A stretch of 64,000 nt of DNA, from assembly GCA_964617735.1 (NCBI GenBank), contig CAZTXT010000001.1, positions 459,589 through 523,588 of the forward strand, read 5' to 3'. Below, piece after piece: positions 40,418 through 50,547 of the stretch (the stretch's first letter is position 1; every line of letters starts with the position of its first letter). Below the pieces are notes generated by a model that saw only the letters and a list, made by a program, of their open reading frames with translations, was not told the DNA's origin and ran no database searches. Made by a program: the position numbers and the translations under genes. This stretch comes from an uncultured Candidatus Saccharibacteria bacterium. Lineage in GTDB: Bacteria > Patescibacteriota > Minisyncoccia > Phycocordibacterales > DSPV01.

Positions 40418-40606
40418 CTAATCGAGAGCGTGGCCGGAGACGATCGAGAGTCGCTCCGCTTCAAGTTGTGCAGCCCTAATCTCTTTTTCCGAATTCTCCA
40501 GAAGGGAATTCTCCGCTCTCTTCTGCGAAGCATCCTCATGCAAAGGATGCGCTGGTTGAGCATCAGTCGGGGCCTGAATGTTTGGTTCGATCATTGGTGC
40601 GTTCAT
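40418..40606 (-). CDS. Small acidic hypothetical protein (62 aa)
   Basis: MNAPMIEPN...; TATAGT upstream; terminator AAAACCGCGTA/TACGCGGTTTT. Confidence 0.5.
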   Translation of the reverse strand: MNAPMIEPNIQAPTDAQPAHPLHEDASQKRAENSLLENSEKEIRAAQLEAERLSIVSGHALD

Positions 40607-40666
40607 AGTGGGTATATGAAGAACTATATTCGTTTTTGATCCTGCCGCACCCACGGCAAGAAAAGC

Positions 40667-40795
40667 GAAACGGGTTCCCGTTGGGAGCCCGTTTCTGTAA
40701 CGAAGGAGTTTCTGTTACAAAGACCAGCTCCCAACGCGCGCGTCCGCAGTAAGGACGAACGACGTGAGCATGATCTTGGCAATAGAGTAATACAT
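40667..40795 (-). promoter_or_regulatory. Leader-peptide plus terminator/antiterminator (attenuator-like) element
   Basis: 26-aa ORF at 40715-40795; 10-bp CGTTGGGAGC/GCTCCCAACG helix mutually exclusive with the terminator at 40667-40695. Confidence 0.45.
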
Positions 40796-40895
40796 GACAT
40801 CGTGATGATAGCATAGTCGATAATCGAGCGCAAAATAAAGCTGTGCAAACCCGAAAACCCTAGGCACTATGGGCTTTTTTTGCTACTATTGCCCC

Positions 40896-41645
40896 ATGTT
40901 CGATAGAATCGAAGAATACGGTTCGGGATTCACGGTTAAAACGCCTTCATTCGAAGGCCCTTTAGATCTCTTACTCGACCTTATTGAGAAACGCAAACTT
41001 TCCATCAGCGAAGTGTCGCTTTCAAAGGTGGCTGACGACTATATCGCTCACGTCAAGAGTCTATCTGAATTCCCAATATCGATGACCGCGCATTTCATAC
41101 TGGTAGCCTCTACGCTCTTGCTCATAAAATCACGATCGCTTCTGCCATCGCTTCAACTCTCCGAAGAAGAACAGGGGAGCATCGACGAATTGGAGCGCCG
41201 GCTCAAACTCTACAAACGAGCGCGTGAACTTTCGAGGCATATCCGGGAAAGGTTTGGCAAACATATCGCGTTCTCCTGTTCCCAGCGCGTTGCAGTAAGC
41301 GTTTTCTCGCCCGACAAAACAACGACCTTGGGGAATCTTTCGGCATTGATCAGAACTATCTTGCGCGATCTCCCCAAAGTCCCCGCGCTCGCGAAAGCGG
41401 TGGTGCAGAAGGTCATCAGTCTCGAAGAGATGATCGACCGTCTTACGGAGCGCATCAAAACCAACCTTAAGATCGGCTTTCGGGAGTTCGCCTTGGTAGG
41501 CAAGGCCGAGAAAGTCACTGTTATCGTGAGCTTCTTGGCGATGCTCGAGCTCGTCAAGCAGGGTGTCATATCCGTTCAGCAGCAGGGGCATTTCGATGAG
41601 ATTATGATGGAGACAGGAACCGTAGATGTTCCTCGATACACCTAA
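40896..41645 (+). CDS. scpA: Segregation and condensation protein A
   Basis: FEGPLDLLLDLI, IKSRSLLP and FLAMLELVK motifs. Confidence 0.95.
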   Translation: MFDRIEEYGSGFTVKTPSFEGPLDLLLDLIEKRKLSISEVSLSKVADDYIAHVKSLSEFPISMTAHFILVASTLLLIKSRSLLPSLQLSEEEQGSIDELERRLKLYKRARELSRHIRERFGKHIAFSCSQRVAVSVFSPDKTTTLGNLSALIRTILRDLPKVPALAKAVVQKVISLEEMIDRLTERIKTNLKIGFREFALVGKAEKVTVIVSFLAMLELVKQGVISVQQQGHFDEIMMETGTVDVPRYT

Positions 41646-41670
41646 ATTTGCCGATAGATCAAAAGCGCGC

Positions 41671-42222
41671 ATGAATTTAGAAAAGAAAATCGAAGCACTC
41701 CTGTTCTGGAAAGCCGAACCGATGTCGGTCGAGAAGCTTGCGACTGGGCTCAAAGTCTCCGAAGCGGACGTAGAAACAGCGCTTGCCTCTCTGAAATCGA
41801 ATCTGGACGGTCGAGGTATCATCCTCATGCGGAAAGGGAGCGAGGCGATGCTGGCGACGGCGCCAGACGTCTCTGCGCTCATCGAACAGCTGACCAAAGA
41901 GGAACTGAATAAGGATTTGGGAAAGGCCGCTCTTGAAACACTCTCCATCGTTCTCTATTTCGGCCCTATCACGCGATCGGAGATCGATTATATCCGGGGC
42001 GTGAATTCGACCTTCGTGCTTCGCTCTCTTATGATCCGGGGTCTCATCGAGCGAGTGCAGAACAAGGACGATCAGCGCAGTTTTCATTACAAACCGACCT
42101 TCGAGCTCCTTTCCTTTCTCGGTATCGCCGACCTAAAAGACCTGCCTGAATACGAAACCGTGCAAGCGGACCTTGCCAACTTTAAAAAAGCCCAGGCTAG
42201 CCAGGATGCCGCCTATGAATAA
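41671..42222 (+). CDS. scpB: Segregation and condensation protein B
   Basis: IEALLF, AALETLSIV and TRSEIDYIRGVNS motifs. Confidence 0.95.
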   Translation: MNLEKKIEALLFWKAEPMSVEKLATGLKVSEADVETALASLKSNLDGRGIILMRKGSEAMLATAPDVSALIEQLTKEELNKDLGKAALETLSIVLYFGPITRSEIDYIRGVNSTFVLRSLMIRGLIERVQNKDDQRSFHYKPTFELLSFLGIADLKDLPEYETVQADLANFKKAQASQDAAYE

Positions 42223-43222
42223 GCACAAAATCCATCTCGGTCCCGTTCCCCTTTGGCTCTCGAATCTGACGTTTTTCTTTTGTGTCGTCACCGCATCGCT
42301 CTCCCTGCTCTACTTCCACGCGCAACGTATAGTCCAAGAGAGAGAGGTATCCGCGCGAGCACAGGGGATGCTCATGGTACAACCGGGAGCTTTGAATGAT
42401 CCGTTCACCGCTCTTGATCTCAAAGCCAAAGCAGTAGCGGTGTATGACATCTCAACTAAACGGCTGATCTATGGGCGTAACGAGACGCAACAGCTGCCGC
42501 TCGCCTCATTGACCAAGATCATGACCACTATCGTCGCAGCAGGCATATTGCCGTCCTATACCTCGATCTCGATCGTACCTTCTGAAACTGAAGCGGATGT
42601 ACGCCTGCGTTCGGGAGAGATCTGGCCGCTATCCGACCTCGTGAACTACACTCTCTTGACTTCCTCGAATACCGGCGCGAACTCCATTGCCGCGGCAGCG
42701 GCTAGTGTGCTCTCCGGTCATGGATCGAGAGAAGGGGAGAGCGTCTCACCGGCATTCATCGCTGCGATGAATCGAAAGGCGGTAGAACTGAATCTCAACC
42801 AGACCTATTTTCTCAACAGCACCGGTCTTGATACTACAGTAAAGGTCGGTGGAGCATATGGCTCGGCATCGGATATCGCTCGCCTTTTCTCCTATGCGCT
42901 CAAACAGTATCCCGACGTAATGACAAGCACGAGTCTTCCGCAGGTAAATTTCACCGCGCCCGACGGACACACGATCACTGCAAAGAATACGAATCGCATC
43001 GTTTCAGAGCTACCTGGTATCATCGGCTCGAAAACTGGGTTCACTGACCTTGCCGGAGGCAATCTGGTCATTGCTTTCGATATAAGTTTCGGAGAGCCGA
43101 TCGTTATTGCAGTCTTAGGCTCCACCGAAGACGACCGCTTTACGGACGTATCCAAACTAGTGCAGGCGACTATAGCGTATTTCGGAGCTCCGCTGTCGTC
43201 GTATAATCGAACAATCGAATAG
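42215..43222 (+). CDS. D-alanyl-D-alanine carboxypeptidase (peptidase S11)
   Basis: ASLTKIMT (SxxK), SSN and KTGFT motifs; N-terminal TM. Confidence 0.92.
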   Translation: MNKHKIHLGPVPLWLSNLTFFFCVVTASLSLLYFHAQRIVQEREVSARAQGMLMVQPGALNDPFTALDLKAKAVAVYDISTKRLIYGRNETQQLPLASLTKIMTTIVAAGILPSYTSISIVPSETEADVRLRSGEIWPLSDLVNYTLLTSSNTGANSIAAAAASVLSGHGSREGESVSPAFIAAMNRKAVELNLNQTYFLNSTGLDTTVKVGGAYGSASDIARLFSYALKQYPDVMTSTSLPQVNFTAPDGHTITAKNTNRIVSELPGIIGSKTGFTDLAGGNLVIAFDISFGEPIVIAVLGSTEDDRFTDVSKLVQATIAYFGAPLSSYNRTIE

Positions 43223-43224
43223 TC

Positions 43225-44295
43225 ATGATCGTAGATATTGTAAAAGTCTTCATCCCCTCAACCGTAAGCTTCGTTGTCGGCATCGGCCTTTCCTTCATCT
43301 TAAGCCACTACCTATACCAGTACCGCATGTGGAAAAAGAGCGCGGGGAAAAAAGATTGGCAGGGGAATGAGACCCCGATATTCAACGAATTGCACCGCGA
43401 TCGCGAAGTTAAAGTCCCGAAAATGGGCGGCATCATAGTCTGGGGGAGCCCCGTGATCACCGCGATCATCATCTACTTAGCCTCTCTGCTTCTCCCTTCG
43501 GATTTCACCGAAAAACTTACCTTCTTAAGCCGAAATCAAACGTGGATACCGCTCGCTACACTCCTATTCGGGGGAATCGTAGGGCTCATCGACGACTATC
43601 TCGAAGTAACCGGAGGAGGGGACCATGTCTCTGGAGGACTTTCGCTTAAAAAACGCCTGCTTATCGTCTCGGCTATATCATTGATCGTAGCTATCTGGTT
43701 CTACATTAAGCTCGAATCGCATACCATCGGTATTCCATTCTACGGAGCACTGGATATCGGAGCTCTCTTCATTCCGCTCTTTATCATTGTCACCTTAGGG
43801 ATCTATTCCGGCGGAGTGATAGACGGAATAGACGGATTGGCTGGGGGTATATTCGCCGCGATCTTCAGCGCATACGCCGGCATCGCGTTCTACCAGCAGC
43901 AGGTGAATCTGGCTGCATTCTGCGCTACCATCGTCGGAGCGATCCTCGCATTCCTCTGGTTCAATATACCGCCGGCGCGATTCTATATGTCGGAGACGGG
44001 GAGCATGGCGTTGACGATCACTCTTGCCGCGGTTGCCTTCATGACCGACGCTGTTGACGGCGGACACGGCGTCTTCGCCCTGCCCATCATCGCGATGCCA
44101 CTCTTACTGACGACACTGTCGAATATCGTGCAGATATTCTCCAGAAAGGTCTTCAAGCGGAAAGTCTTTCTCGTAGCGCCGCTCCATCACCACTTCGAAG
44201 CGGTCGGCTGGCCGGCATATAAAGTAACCATGCGGTATTGGGTCATCGGGGTTGTATTCGCAATTATCGGCATGATCATCGGTCTTATCGGATGA
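43225..44295 (+). CDS. mraY: Phospho-N-acetylmuramoyl-pentapeptide transferase
   Basis: PKMGG, GLIDD, DGIDGL, FLWFN and APLHHHFE motifs. Confidence 0.95.
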   Translation: MIVDIVKVFIPSTVSFVVGIGLSFILSHYLYQYRMWKKSAGKKDWQGNETPIFNELHRDREVKVPKMGGIIVWGSPVITAIIIYLASLLLPSDFTEKLTFLSRNQTWIPLATLLFGGIVGLIDDYLEVTGGGDHVSGGLSLKKRLLIVSAISLIVAIWFYIKLESHTIGIPFYGALDIGALFIPLFIIVTLGIYSGGVIDGIDGLAGGIFAAIFSAYAGIAFYQQQVNLAAFCATIVGAILAFLWFNIPPARFYMSETGSMALTITLAAVAFMTDAVDGGHGVFALPIIAMPLLLTTLSNIVQIFSRKVFKRKVFLVAPLHHHFEAVGWPAYKVTMRYWVIGVVFAIIGMIIGLIG

Positions 44296-44296
44296 T

Positions 44297-45406
44297 ATGA
44301 GACGTTCACTTGCACCAGTCAATGGTTGGCTTCTCACGACGCTGATAACGCTCACGGCATTCGGGTTCATTATCTTCCTCTCCGCGTCCGTCGGTCTTGT
44401 CGCACGCGAGTCCGGAGCTAATTTCAGGGCGATCATTACTACGCAATTCATTTTTGGCCTCTTGCCGGGGCTCGTCGGAATGTATTTACTCTCACGCGTT
44501 CCCCACAAGGTATTTAGAAACTGGGCTTTTTACATTCTTCTTTTCTCTCTACTGCTGACACTCTCCGTCTTTATCCCCGGGCTCGGGTTCAGTCACGGAG
44601 GAGCCCAGCGCTGGATCTCCTTCGGGTCACATACCCTTCAGCCATCCGAATTGCTCAAGGTCGCCGTGATCATCTATCTGGCCGCTTGGTTTTCGATGGC
44701 GCATCGAAAACAGCGGATGGAAACTTTTCAATTCGGCACCTTACCGTTGCTTATGGTCTTGGGTATATCCGGGATCGTGCTTCTGCTACAGCCTGATGTC
44801 GATACCTTTTTGGTTACGTGCACGAGTGCCTTTGCCATGTACCTCGCCGCAGGGGCGAAGATCAAACACTTGGGGCTCTTAGTCCTACTCTTAGCGATCC
44901 TCTCCGGCACTCTCGTGATGGCGTTTCCATACGTCAAAAGCCGCGTACAGACGTTCTTTAACCCTCAACGGGACGCTCTCGGTGCCGGCTATCAGATACA
45001 GCAGTCGCTCATCGCAGTCGGATCCGGAGGGTTCTTCGGGAAAGGTTTTGGAAAAAGCGTGCAAAAATTCAGTTACTTGCCGGAACCTATCGGCGACTCC
45101 ATTTATGCGGTCGCGAGCGAAGAATTCGGATTTCTCGGCAGCGTCGGACTTCTCCTTCTCTTTTTCCTCCTGGCACATTTGGGTTTACGGATCGCAAGCA
45201 AGGCCCCTGACCCTTTCGGAAGATTTCTCGCCGTTGGTATCGTCGTGATGTTCCTCTCCCAAGCATTCGTCAATATCGGCGCGATGATCGGCATCATGCC
45301 GCTCTCGGGAATTACGCTGCCATTCGTCAGTCATGGGGGAACCGCGCTTCTCTTCAGTCTTGCCGAAGCGGGAATCCTTTTATCGATCTCAAGAACCACC
45401 GCTTAA
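44297..45406 (+). CDS. ftsW: Peptidoglycan polymerase FtsW (SEDS family)
   Basis: GAQRW, QPSELLK, YQIQQS, EEFGF and LPFVSHGG motifs. Confidence 0.93.
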   Translation: MRRSLAPVNGWLLTTLITLTAFGFIIFLSASVGLVARESGANFRAIITTQFIFGLLPGLVGMYLLSRVPHKVFRNWAFYILLFSLLLTLSVFIPGLGFSHGGAQRWISFGSHTLQPSELLKVAVIIYLAAWFSMAHRKQRMETFQFGTLPLLMVLGISGIVLLLQPDVDTFLVTCTSAFAMYLAAGAKIKHLGLLVLLLAILSGTLVMAFPYVKSRVQTFFNPQRDALGAGYQIQQSLIAVGSGGFFGKGFGKSVQKFSYLPEPIGDSIYAVASEEFGFLGSVGLLLLFFLLAHLGLRIASKAPDPFGRFLAVGIVVMFLSQAFVNIGAMIGIMPLSGITLPFVSHGGTALLFSLAEAGILLSISRTTA

Positions 45407-45473
45407 AGCATCCGATAACTATCCCCGAAGAACCTCTACAAATAAGGTGGGAGGGATGATATAGTTACTCTTA

Positions 45474-46598
45474 ATGAAGATACTGTTTACCGGAGGAGGA
45501 AGCGGTGGACATTTCTACCCGCTTATCGCCGTCGCGCAGAAGATCAACCACATCACTCACGACGAAAAGCTCATTACCCCCGAGCTCTTCTTTATGTCCG
45601 ACAGCGCGTATGACAGCCGGGCCCTTTTCGAGAACGATATTACCTTTGAAAAGGTATCGACCGGGAAACTCCGCCGATATTTCTCGATTAGAAACATCAT
45701 TGACACCTTCAAAACCATACGAGGCGTCGCCATTGGATTTTTCAAAGTGTTTCGCATCTATCCCGACGTGGTATTCGGAAAAGGCGGATATGCGAGTTTT
45801 CCCGCGCTGCTTTCTGCAAAAATACTGCGCATCCCCGTATTCATACACGAATCGGACACCGTACCCGGGCGCACCAACCGATGGGCAGGGAAGTTCGCGC
45901 GACGCATCGCGGTCTCCTACGCTCAAACAACCTCGTACTTCCCACAGGATAAAGTCGCGTGGACCGGAAATCCGGTCCGAGAGGAGATCATCAAACCCAT
46001 CGAAGGCGCCCATGAGCTTCTTCAGTTCGACAAGAATGTCCCGACCGTTTTAGTACTCGGTGGCTCACAAGGCGCCCAGCGCATCAACGATGCCATCCTC
46101 GACATACTACCCGAACTCGTTTCTAACTTCCAGGTGATCCATCAGGTAGGAGGGGATAATATAAAGCTGATAACCGAGATGAAGCCCGTCGTGCTTAAAG
46201 ACGCGGATTTGCAAAAACGATACAAGGCATTCGGCTACCTCGACAATCAATCCATGCAAATGGCGGCAAGCTGCGCCGATATCATCATTTCGCGCGCCGG
46301 TTCAACCATCTTTGAGATAGCGCTTTGGGGTGAACCTTCCATCATCATCCCGATCACCGATAGTAATGGAGACCACCAGCGGCAAAACGCCCGCGCGTAC
46401 GAGCAAAGCGGCTCATGTCTGGTCATCGAAGAGGCGAATCTCAAGCCGCATATCCTTCTCTCCGAGATCAAACGCATCGTGGAGAATCCGGAGTTGAAAC
46501 AACGTATGGCAGATGCTGCACGTGCGTTCGCCAAACCTGATGCCGCAGAGAAGATCGCCCACGAGATCATCCGTATCGCCCTCACGCACGAAAAATAA
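45474..46598 (+). CDS. murG: UDP-GlcNAc:lipid I transferase
   Basis: GGGSGGH, KGGY, HESD, GNPVR, GGSQGA and HQ..NA motifs. Confidence 0.97.
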   Translation: MKILFTGGGSGGHFYPLIAVAQKINHITHDEKLITPELFFMSDSAYDSRALFENDITFEKVSTGKLRRYFSIRNIIDTFKTIRGVAIGFFKVFRIYPDVVFGKGGYASFPALLSAKILRIPVFIHESDTVPGRTNRWAGKFARRIAVSYAQTTSYFPQDKVAWTGNPVREEIIKPIEGAHELLQFDKNVPTVLVLGGSQGAQRINDAILDILPELVSNFQVIHQVGGDNIKLITEMKPVVLKDADLQKRYKAFGYLDNQSMQMAASCADIIISRAGSTIFEIALWGEPSIIIPITDSNGDHQRQNARAYEQSGSCLVIEEANLKPHILLSEIKRIVENPELKQRMADAARAFAKPDAAEKIAHEIIRIALTHEK

Positions 46599-46611
46599 AA
46601 TTCCTTAGATC

Positions 46612-47952
46612 ATGAAATCAACCGTAATCTGCCGATTTGCCCCTAGTCCTACCGGCCCGTTGCATGTCGGGGGTGCGCGGTCGGCGCTCTTCAATTATCT
46701 CTTTGCGCGACAGAACAAGGGTAAACTCATCCTGCGCATCGAGGACACCGACCGCGAACGCTCTAAGAAAGAGTACGCGGAAGACATCATCGAGAGCTTC
46801 AAGTGGCTCGGGATCGAATTCGATGAGACATATACACAATCGGCCTATTCAGGAAAACACAAAAAATATCTTTCAAAACTTATCGAGAGTAAAGCAGCGT
46901 ACCTTTCTAAAGAAAAGGAGATTAAAGAGGGCGGGCGCAAAGAAGTCATCCGATTCAGAAACCCGAACAAGAAGGTCGCTTTCGATGACCTCATCAAGGG
47001 TCATATCGAATTCGACACAACCGAGCTTGGCGATTTCGTGATAGCCAAATCACTGGAAGAGCCGCTCTTCCATCTTGCCGTCGTTGCCGATGACTTCGAT
47101 ATGGGCGTCACCCATGTCATCCGCGGGGAAGATCATATCTCAAATACGCCCCGCCAGATCCTCATTCAGGAAGCGCTCGGCGCACCACGGCCAATCTATG
47201 CCCATATTCCGCTCATTCTCGAAAGTGACCGCTCGAAACTCTCCAAGCGCAAGCACGGAGAGGCGGTGTCGATGAAGTTTTACCGCGAGCACGGCTATAT
47301 GCCGGAGGCGCTTATCAACTACCTTGCGCTACTCGGCTGGAACCCAGGGGATGAAAGGGAGGTCTTCACACTCCCTGAACTAGTCAAGGAATTCAGGCTC
47401 GAGAAAGTGCAAAAGGCGGGAGCGATCTTCAATCTCGAGAAACTCAAGTGGTTGAACAAAGAATATCTCATGAAAGACCCATCGACTCTAACCGCCCAGA
47501 TCATCGCGATACTCGATAGGGAAGCGCGGTTCAAGACACTCCAAAAGTCAGGCAGGGCAGTGCTCGCAGACGTGCTTAAAGACCGGATCCATACGATCGG
47601 CGAAGTGCATGAGATCATCGACCGCAAAGAGCTCGACTACCTCATTACGCCCCCTACATTAACCAAAGCGGCGCTTTTGTGGAGCAAAAAACCCGATATA
47701 GAGAGCGCGTGGCGGCATCTCCTTCATATCTATGAAGTACTTGATCATAAAGATGAAGAACTGGATCCTCAAACGATAAAAGACGGAATCCTCGCCTATG
47801 CAGAAACTCAAGGAAAAGGAGAGGTACTCTGGCCCCTTCGCTTGGCACTTTCCGGCCAGGAGAGATCCATCGACCCCTTCAATCTCCTCTCGATACTCGG
47901 TAAAACAGAGAGCCAGAAGCGTATCCAGTCCGCAATCTCTTTGCTAAAATAG
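46612..47952 (+). CDS. gltX: Glutamate--tRNA ligase
   Basis: RFAPSPTG.LHVGG, RIEDTD, RGEDH and KLSKR motifs. Confidence 0.97.
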   Translation: MKSTVICRFAPSPTGPLHVGGARSALFNYLFARQNKGKLILRIEDTDRERSKKEYAEDIIESFKWLGIEFDETYTQSAYSGKHKKYLSKLIESKAAYLSKEKEIKEGGRKEVIRFRNPNKKVAFDDLIKGHIEFDTTELGDFVIAKSLEEPLFHLAVVADDFDMGVTHVIRGEDHISNTPRQILIQEALGAPRPIYAHIPLILESDRSKLSKRKHGEAVSMKFYREHGYMPEALINYLALLGWNPGDEREVFTLPELVKEFRLEKVQKAGAIFNLEKLKWLNKEYLMKDPSTLTAQIIAILDREARFKTLQKSGRAVLADVLKDRIHTIGEVHEIIDRKELDYLITPPTLTKAALLWSKKPDIESAWRHLLHIYEVLDHKDEELDPQTIKDGILAYAETQGKGEVLWPLRLALSGQERSIDPFNLLSILGKTESQKRIQSAISLLK

Positions 47953-47959
47953 GGTCCTT

Positions 47960-49276
47960 ATGACCTTGGTACGACGGATAGTAGCCTTAGGAGCGGTCAG
48001 TATCCTTATATTGCCTGCGTTTTCCTTTGGACAGGAGGCCACATCGACCCCTGCCGATGCTCCTGACAACGAAACACGCCTTCGAAACCTTATCGAGGCC
48101 AGAACGGAGGCCATAAAAGACCTCGAGACCCAGATCGGAGCTTACCAAGAGCAATTAAAACAGATCGACGGACAGAAGAAGAGCCTGCAGAATCAGATAA
48201 AAAGCTTTGATATAACCCGCAAGAAACTCTCTGCTGATATATCCATCACTGAAGAAAAAATAGACCGGACGAATTACCAGCTCGAAGCGCTCGCGCTCGA
48301 CATCCGGGACAAAGAAACCCATATCGGTGCCGACCGCAGTGCGATAGCGGAAGGACTCCGGATACTCAACGACTACGACCAGCGCTCGATGGTCGAGAGT
48401 ATGCTCGACTCAAGCGAGATCACCGATATCTGGAACGACGTAGATACGATCGCGAACGTTCAAAACGGGGTCCATACGCGCATCACGGAACTCTCAAGCA
48501 TGAGGGACGCGCTCGAGGACAAACAGGCCGACTCGCAAAAAATCAAGGACCAGTTGGTAGCACTGCGTTTGCAGCTTTCTAATCAGAAAAAAGTAGTGGA
48601 GTATAACACGAAACAGAAGAATGCACTCCTCACTTCGACCAAGAACAACGAGGCGAATTATCAAAAACTACTCAAAGAGAAAACGGCGCTGCGCGATTCG
48701 TTCCAGCAGGAATTGTTGGGATTCGAGTCCGAACTCAAGCTCATCACCAGCCAGTCGCAGATACCGCAGGCCGTCCATGGGATGCTCAGCTGGCCACTCG
48801 ATTCGATCGTAGTGACACAGCCGTTCGGTGATACCGCATTTGCGCGTGACCATGCGCAAGTATATAACGGGCATGGTCACAACGGCGTTGATTTCCGAGC
48901 TTCTCTGGGGACTCCGGTAAAATCAGCGGCCGGGGGAATCGTGACGGGCAGTGGCAACACCGACTTGGTATGTCCAGGCGCTTCCTATGGCAAATGGGTC
49001 CTAGTCCGCCATGAGAATGGCCTTTCAACGCTCTACGCGCATCTTTCGGTCATCTCGGTCGTCGAGGGCGAGGCCGTAGGTCCTGGAAGCACGCTGGGCT
49101 ATAGCGGAGATAGCGGATACGCGACCGGACCGCACTTGCACTTCACGGTATACGCCTCGCAAGGCGTCGAAGTGGTCAATCGACAAAGCCGGGTTTGCGG
49201 AGGCACGTACCGCATGCCGATAGCGGACCTACGAGCATATCTCGACCCGCTGGCATATTTGCCGGAACTCCAATAA
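47960..49276 (+). CDS. Coiled-coil M23 peptidase (EnvC/murein hydrolase-like)
   Basis: Signal peptide, long coiled coil, HNGVDF, LYAHL and TGPHLHF motifs. Confidence 0.9.
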   Translation: MTLVRRIVALGAVSILILPAFSFGQEATSTPADAPDNETRLRNLIEARTEAIKDLETQIGAYQEQLKQIDGQKKSLQNQIKSFDITRKKLSADISITEEKIDRTNYQLEALALDIRDKETHIGADRSAIAEGLRILNDYDQRSMVESMLDSSEITDIWNDVDTIANVQNGVHTRITELSSMRDALEDKQADSQKIKDQLVALRLQLSNQKKVVEYNTKQKNALLTSTKNNEANYQKLLKEKTALRDSFQQELLGFESELKLITSQSQIPQAVHGMLSWPLDSIVVTQPFGDTAFARDHAQVYNGHGHNGVDFRASLGTPVKSAAGGIVTGSGNTDLVCPGASYGKWVLVRHENGLSTLYAHLSVISVVEGEAVGPGSTLGYSGDSGYATGPHLHFTVYASQGVEVVNRQSRVCGGTYRMPIADLRAYLDPLAYLPELQ

Positions 49277-49293
49277 GAAGATAGTATTGAGCT

Positions 49294-49533
49294 ATGTTGA
49301 GCAATGCGCCAGCAGGATTCATACGAACGATCGTATTGATACTCATCGCGATACTCCTATTGAGCTATTTCGGCATCGATCTCAGGCAAGCAGCAACCAC
49401 GCCGCTATTCAAGCAAAACCTCCAATTCACCTGGGAAGTGATACAGCGTATTTGGAATGATTATATCTACGTGCCGCTGACGCACCTCTTTAAACGTGAT
49501 CAGCAAAAGACCCTCGACGCAAGTACGCCGTAG
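49294..49533 (+). CDS. Small membrane protein
   Basis: GFIRTIVLILIAILLLSYFGIDLR hydrophobic segment; -10 box 6 nt upstream. Confidence 0.7.
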   Translation: MLSNAPAGFIRTIVLILIAILLLSYFGIDLRQAATTPLFKQNLQFTWEVIQRIWNDYIYVPLTHLFKRDQQKTLDASTP

Positions 49534-49684
49534 GTAACAGGCCCAGAGCTTTGCCTCGTGTCGAGAGGAGACCTTAATTACCGAAAACATATATTGTGCG
49601 ACACACTAGAGCGCTCTTGAATGGCTGGTAAAGCCCTCTCCCCTCTACCAAAATCACCCCAACCGGGGTGATTTTGCTTTAAGT

Positions 49685-50170
49685 TTAACTATTACGCTCT
49701 TTCTCCGATGCTTTGCCGGCGGCTTCCGAGGTATGCCAGCACTTGGCTGACGACGACCATGGACGCACTCCTTCTCGATCATAGAGATACTTGGCGTATG
49801 AGAGATTTCCATCGAGCGTGTAGAGATCAAGTCCCAGTTCACTGGCACGTTTGCCGTGATATCGCTCATTGATCTGCATAACTCCCACGTCATCAGAATT
49901 CACATTGCCCCGGATCACTTCCCCGTCGAGCCCCATTTGTCTGAAGGTGGACTCACAGCGAGCAATCTCAGCCAAGACCGGTGTGTCGGAAAAATAGTCC
50001 TTCACATACTGTGCGACTTCATCCCGATTTTGGTAGTTAATGAACTTCGCCGAAGTCAGGTCAGAGCGGTCCACAATGATGATCGGACTGGTGCTCTGCG
50101 CGGAGGTTGTGCCCTGCCCCAGGGCAGATGAGAGCATGAGTACTGCCGTTGTTAATTCGATAATAGTCAT
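49685..50170 (-). CDS. Secreted lysozyme-like/SLT transglycosylase domain protein
   Basis: IARCES, GVMQIN and PWSSSAKCW motifs. Confidence 0.8.
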   Translation of the reverse strand: MTIIELTTAVLMLSSALGQGTTSAQSTSPIIIVDRSDLTSAKFINYQNRDEVAQYVKDYFSDTPVLAEIARCESTFRQMGLDGEVIRGNVNSDDVGVMQINERYHGKRASELGLDLYTLDGNLSYAKYLYDREGVRPWSSSAKCWHTSEAAGKASEKERNS

Positions 50171-50447
50171 GGATTGGATGAAACGACTAAAGTATTCGTT
50201 TTCTTAGTGACTTTCAAACAAAAAACGAATGTATTTTTTGACATTCGTTTTTTAAATAAAACATCAGAGTCCGAAACTCTGATGGAAATGATTATAGCAT
50301 ACTGGTTTGTTTTGTCAATAATTCACCATGTTCATCTCCTATGGTCAATGACTCAAGATATGCCTAGAAATAAGGATATAATGAAAATAACCCTTGCATA
50401 CTATGAAGGGCCATTGCACCAACATATGAGCATTCACTATTCCTATA

Positions 50448-50518
50448 TCGGGGTGCGGAGAGTTGGACTCCGGCCTTACCCACCCCATGGGCATATACTA
50501 CCGTTATACTACACCCCG
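50448..50518 (-). tRNA. tRNA-Pro(GGG) with atypical T-loop
   Basis: CGGGGTG/CACCCCG-A; anticodon arm TGCCC-ATGGGGT-GGGTA; T-arm CGGAG-TCCAACT-CTCCG. Confidence 0.88.
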
Positions 50519-50547
50519 TCGTAGCTATTGTTGCCGCAAATTTGATT

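Noticed and set aside
49540-49680. Possible structured RNA downstream of the 79-aa membrane gene (GTGTCG/CGACAC, AGAGC/GCTCT)
   Set aside because: Short stems and no clear promoter; only the terminal hairpin is convincing, as a terminator
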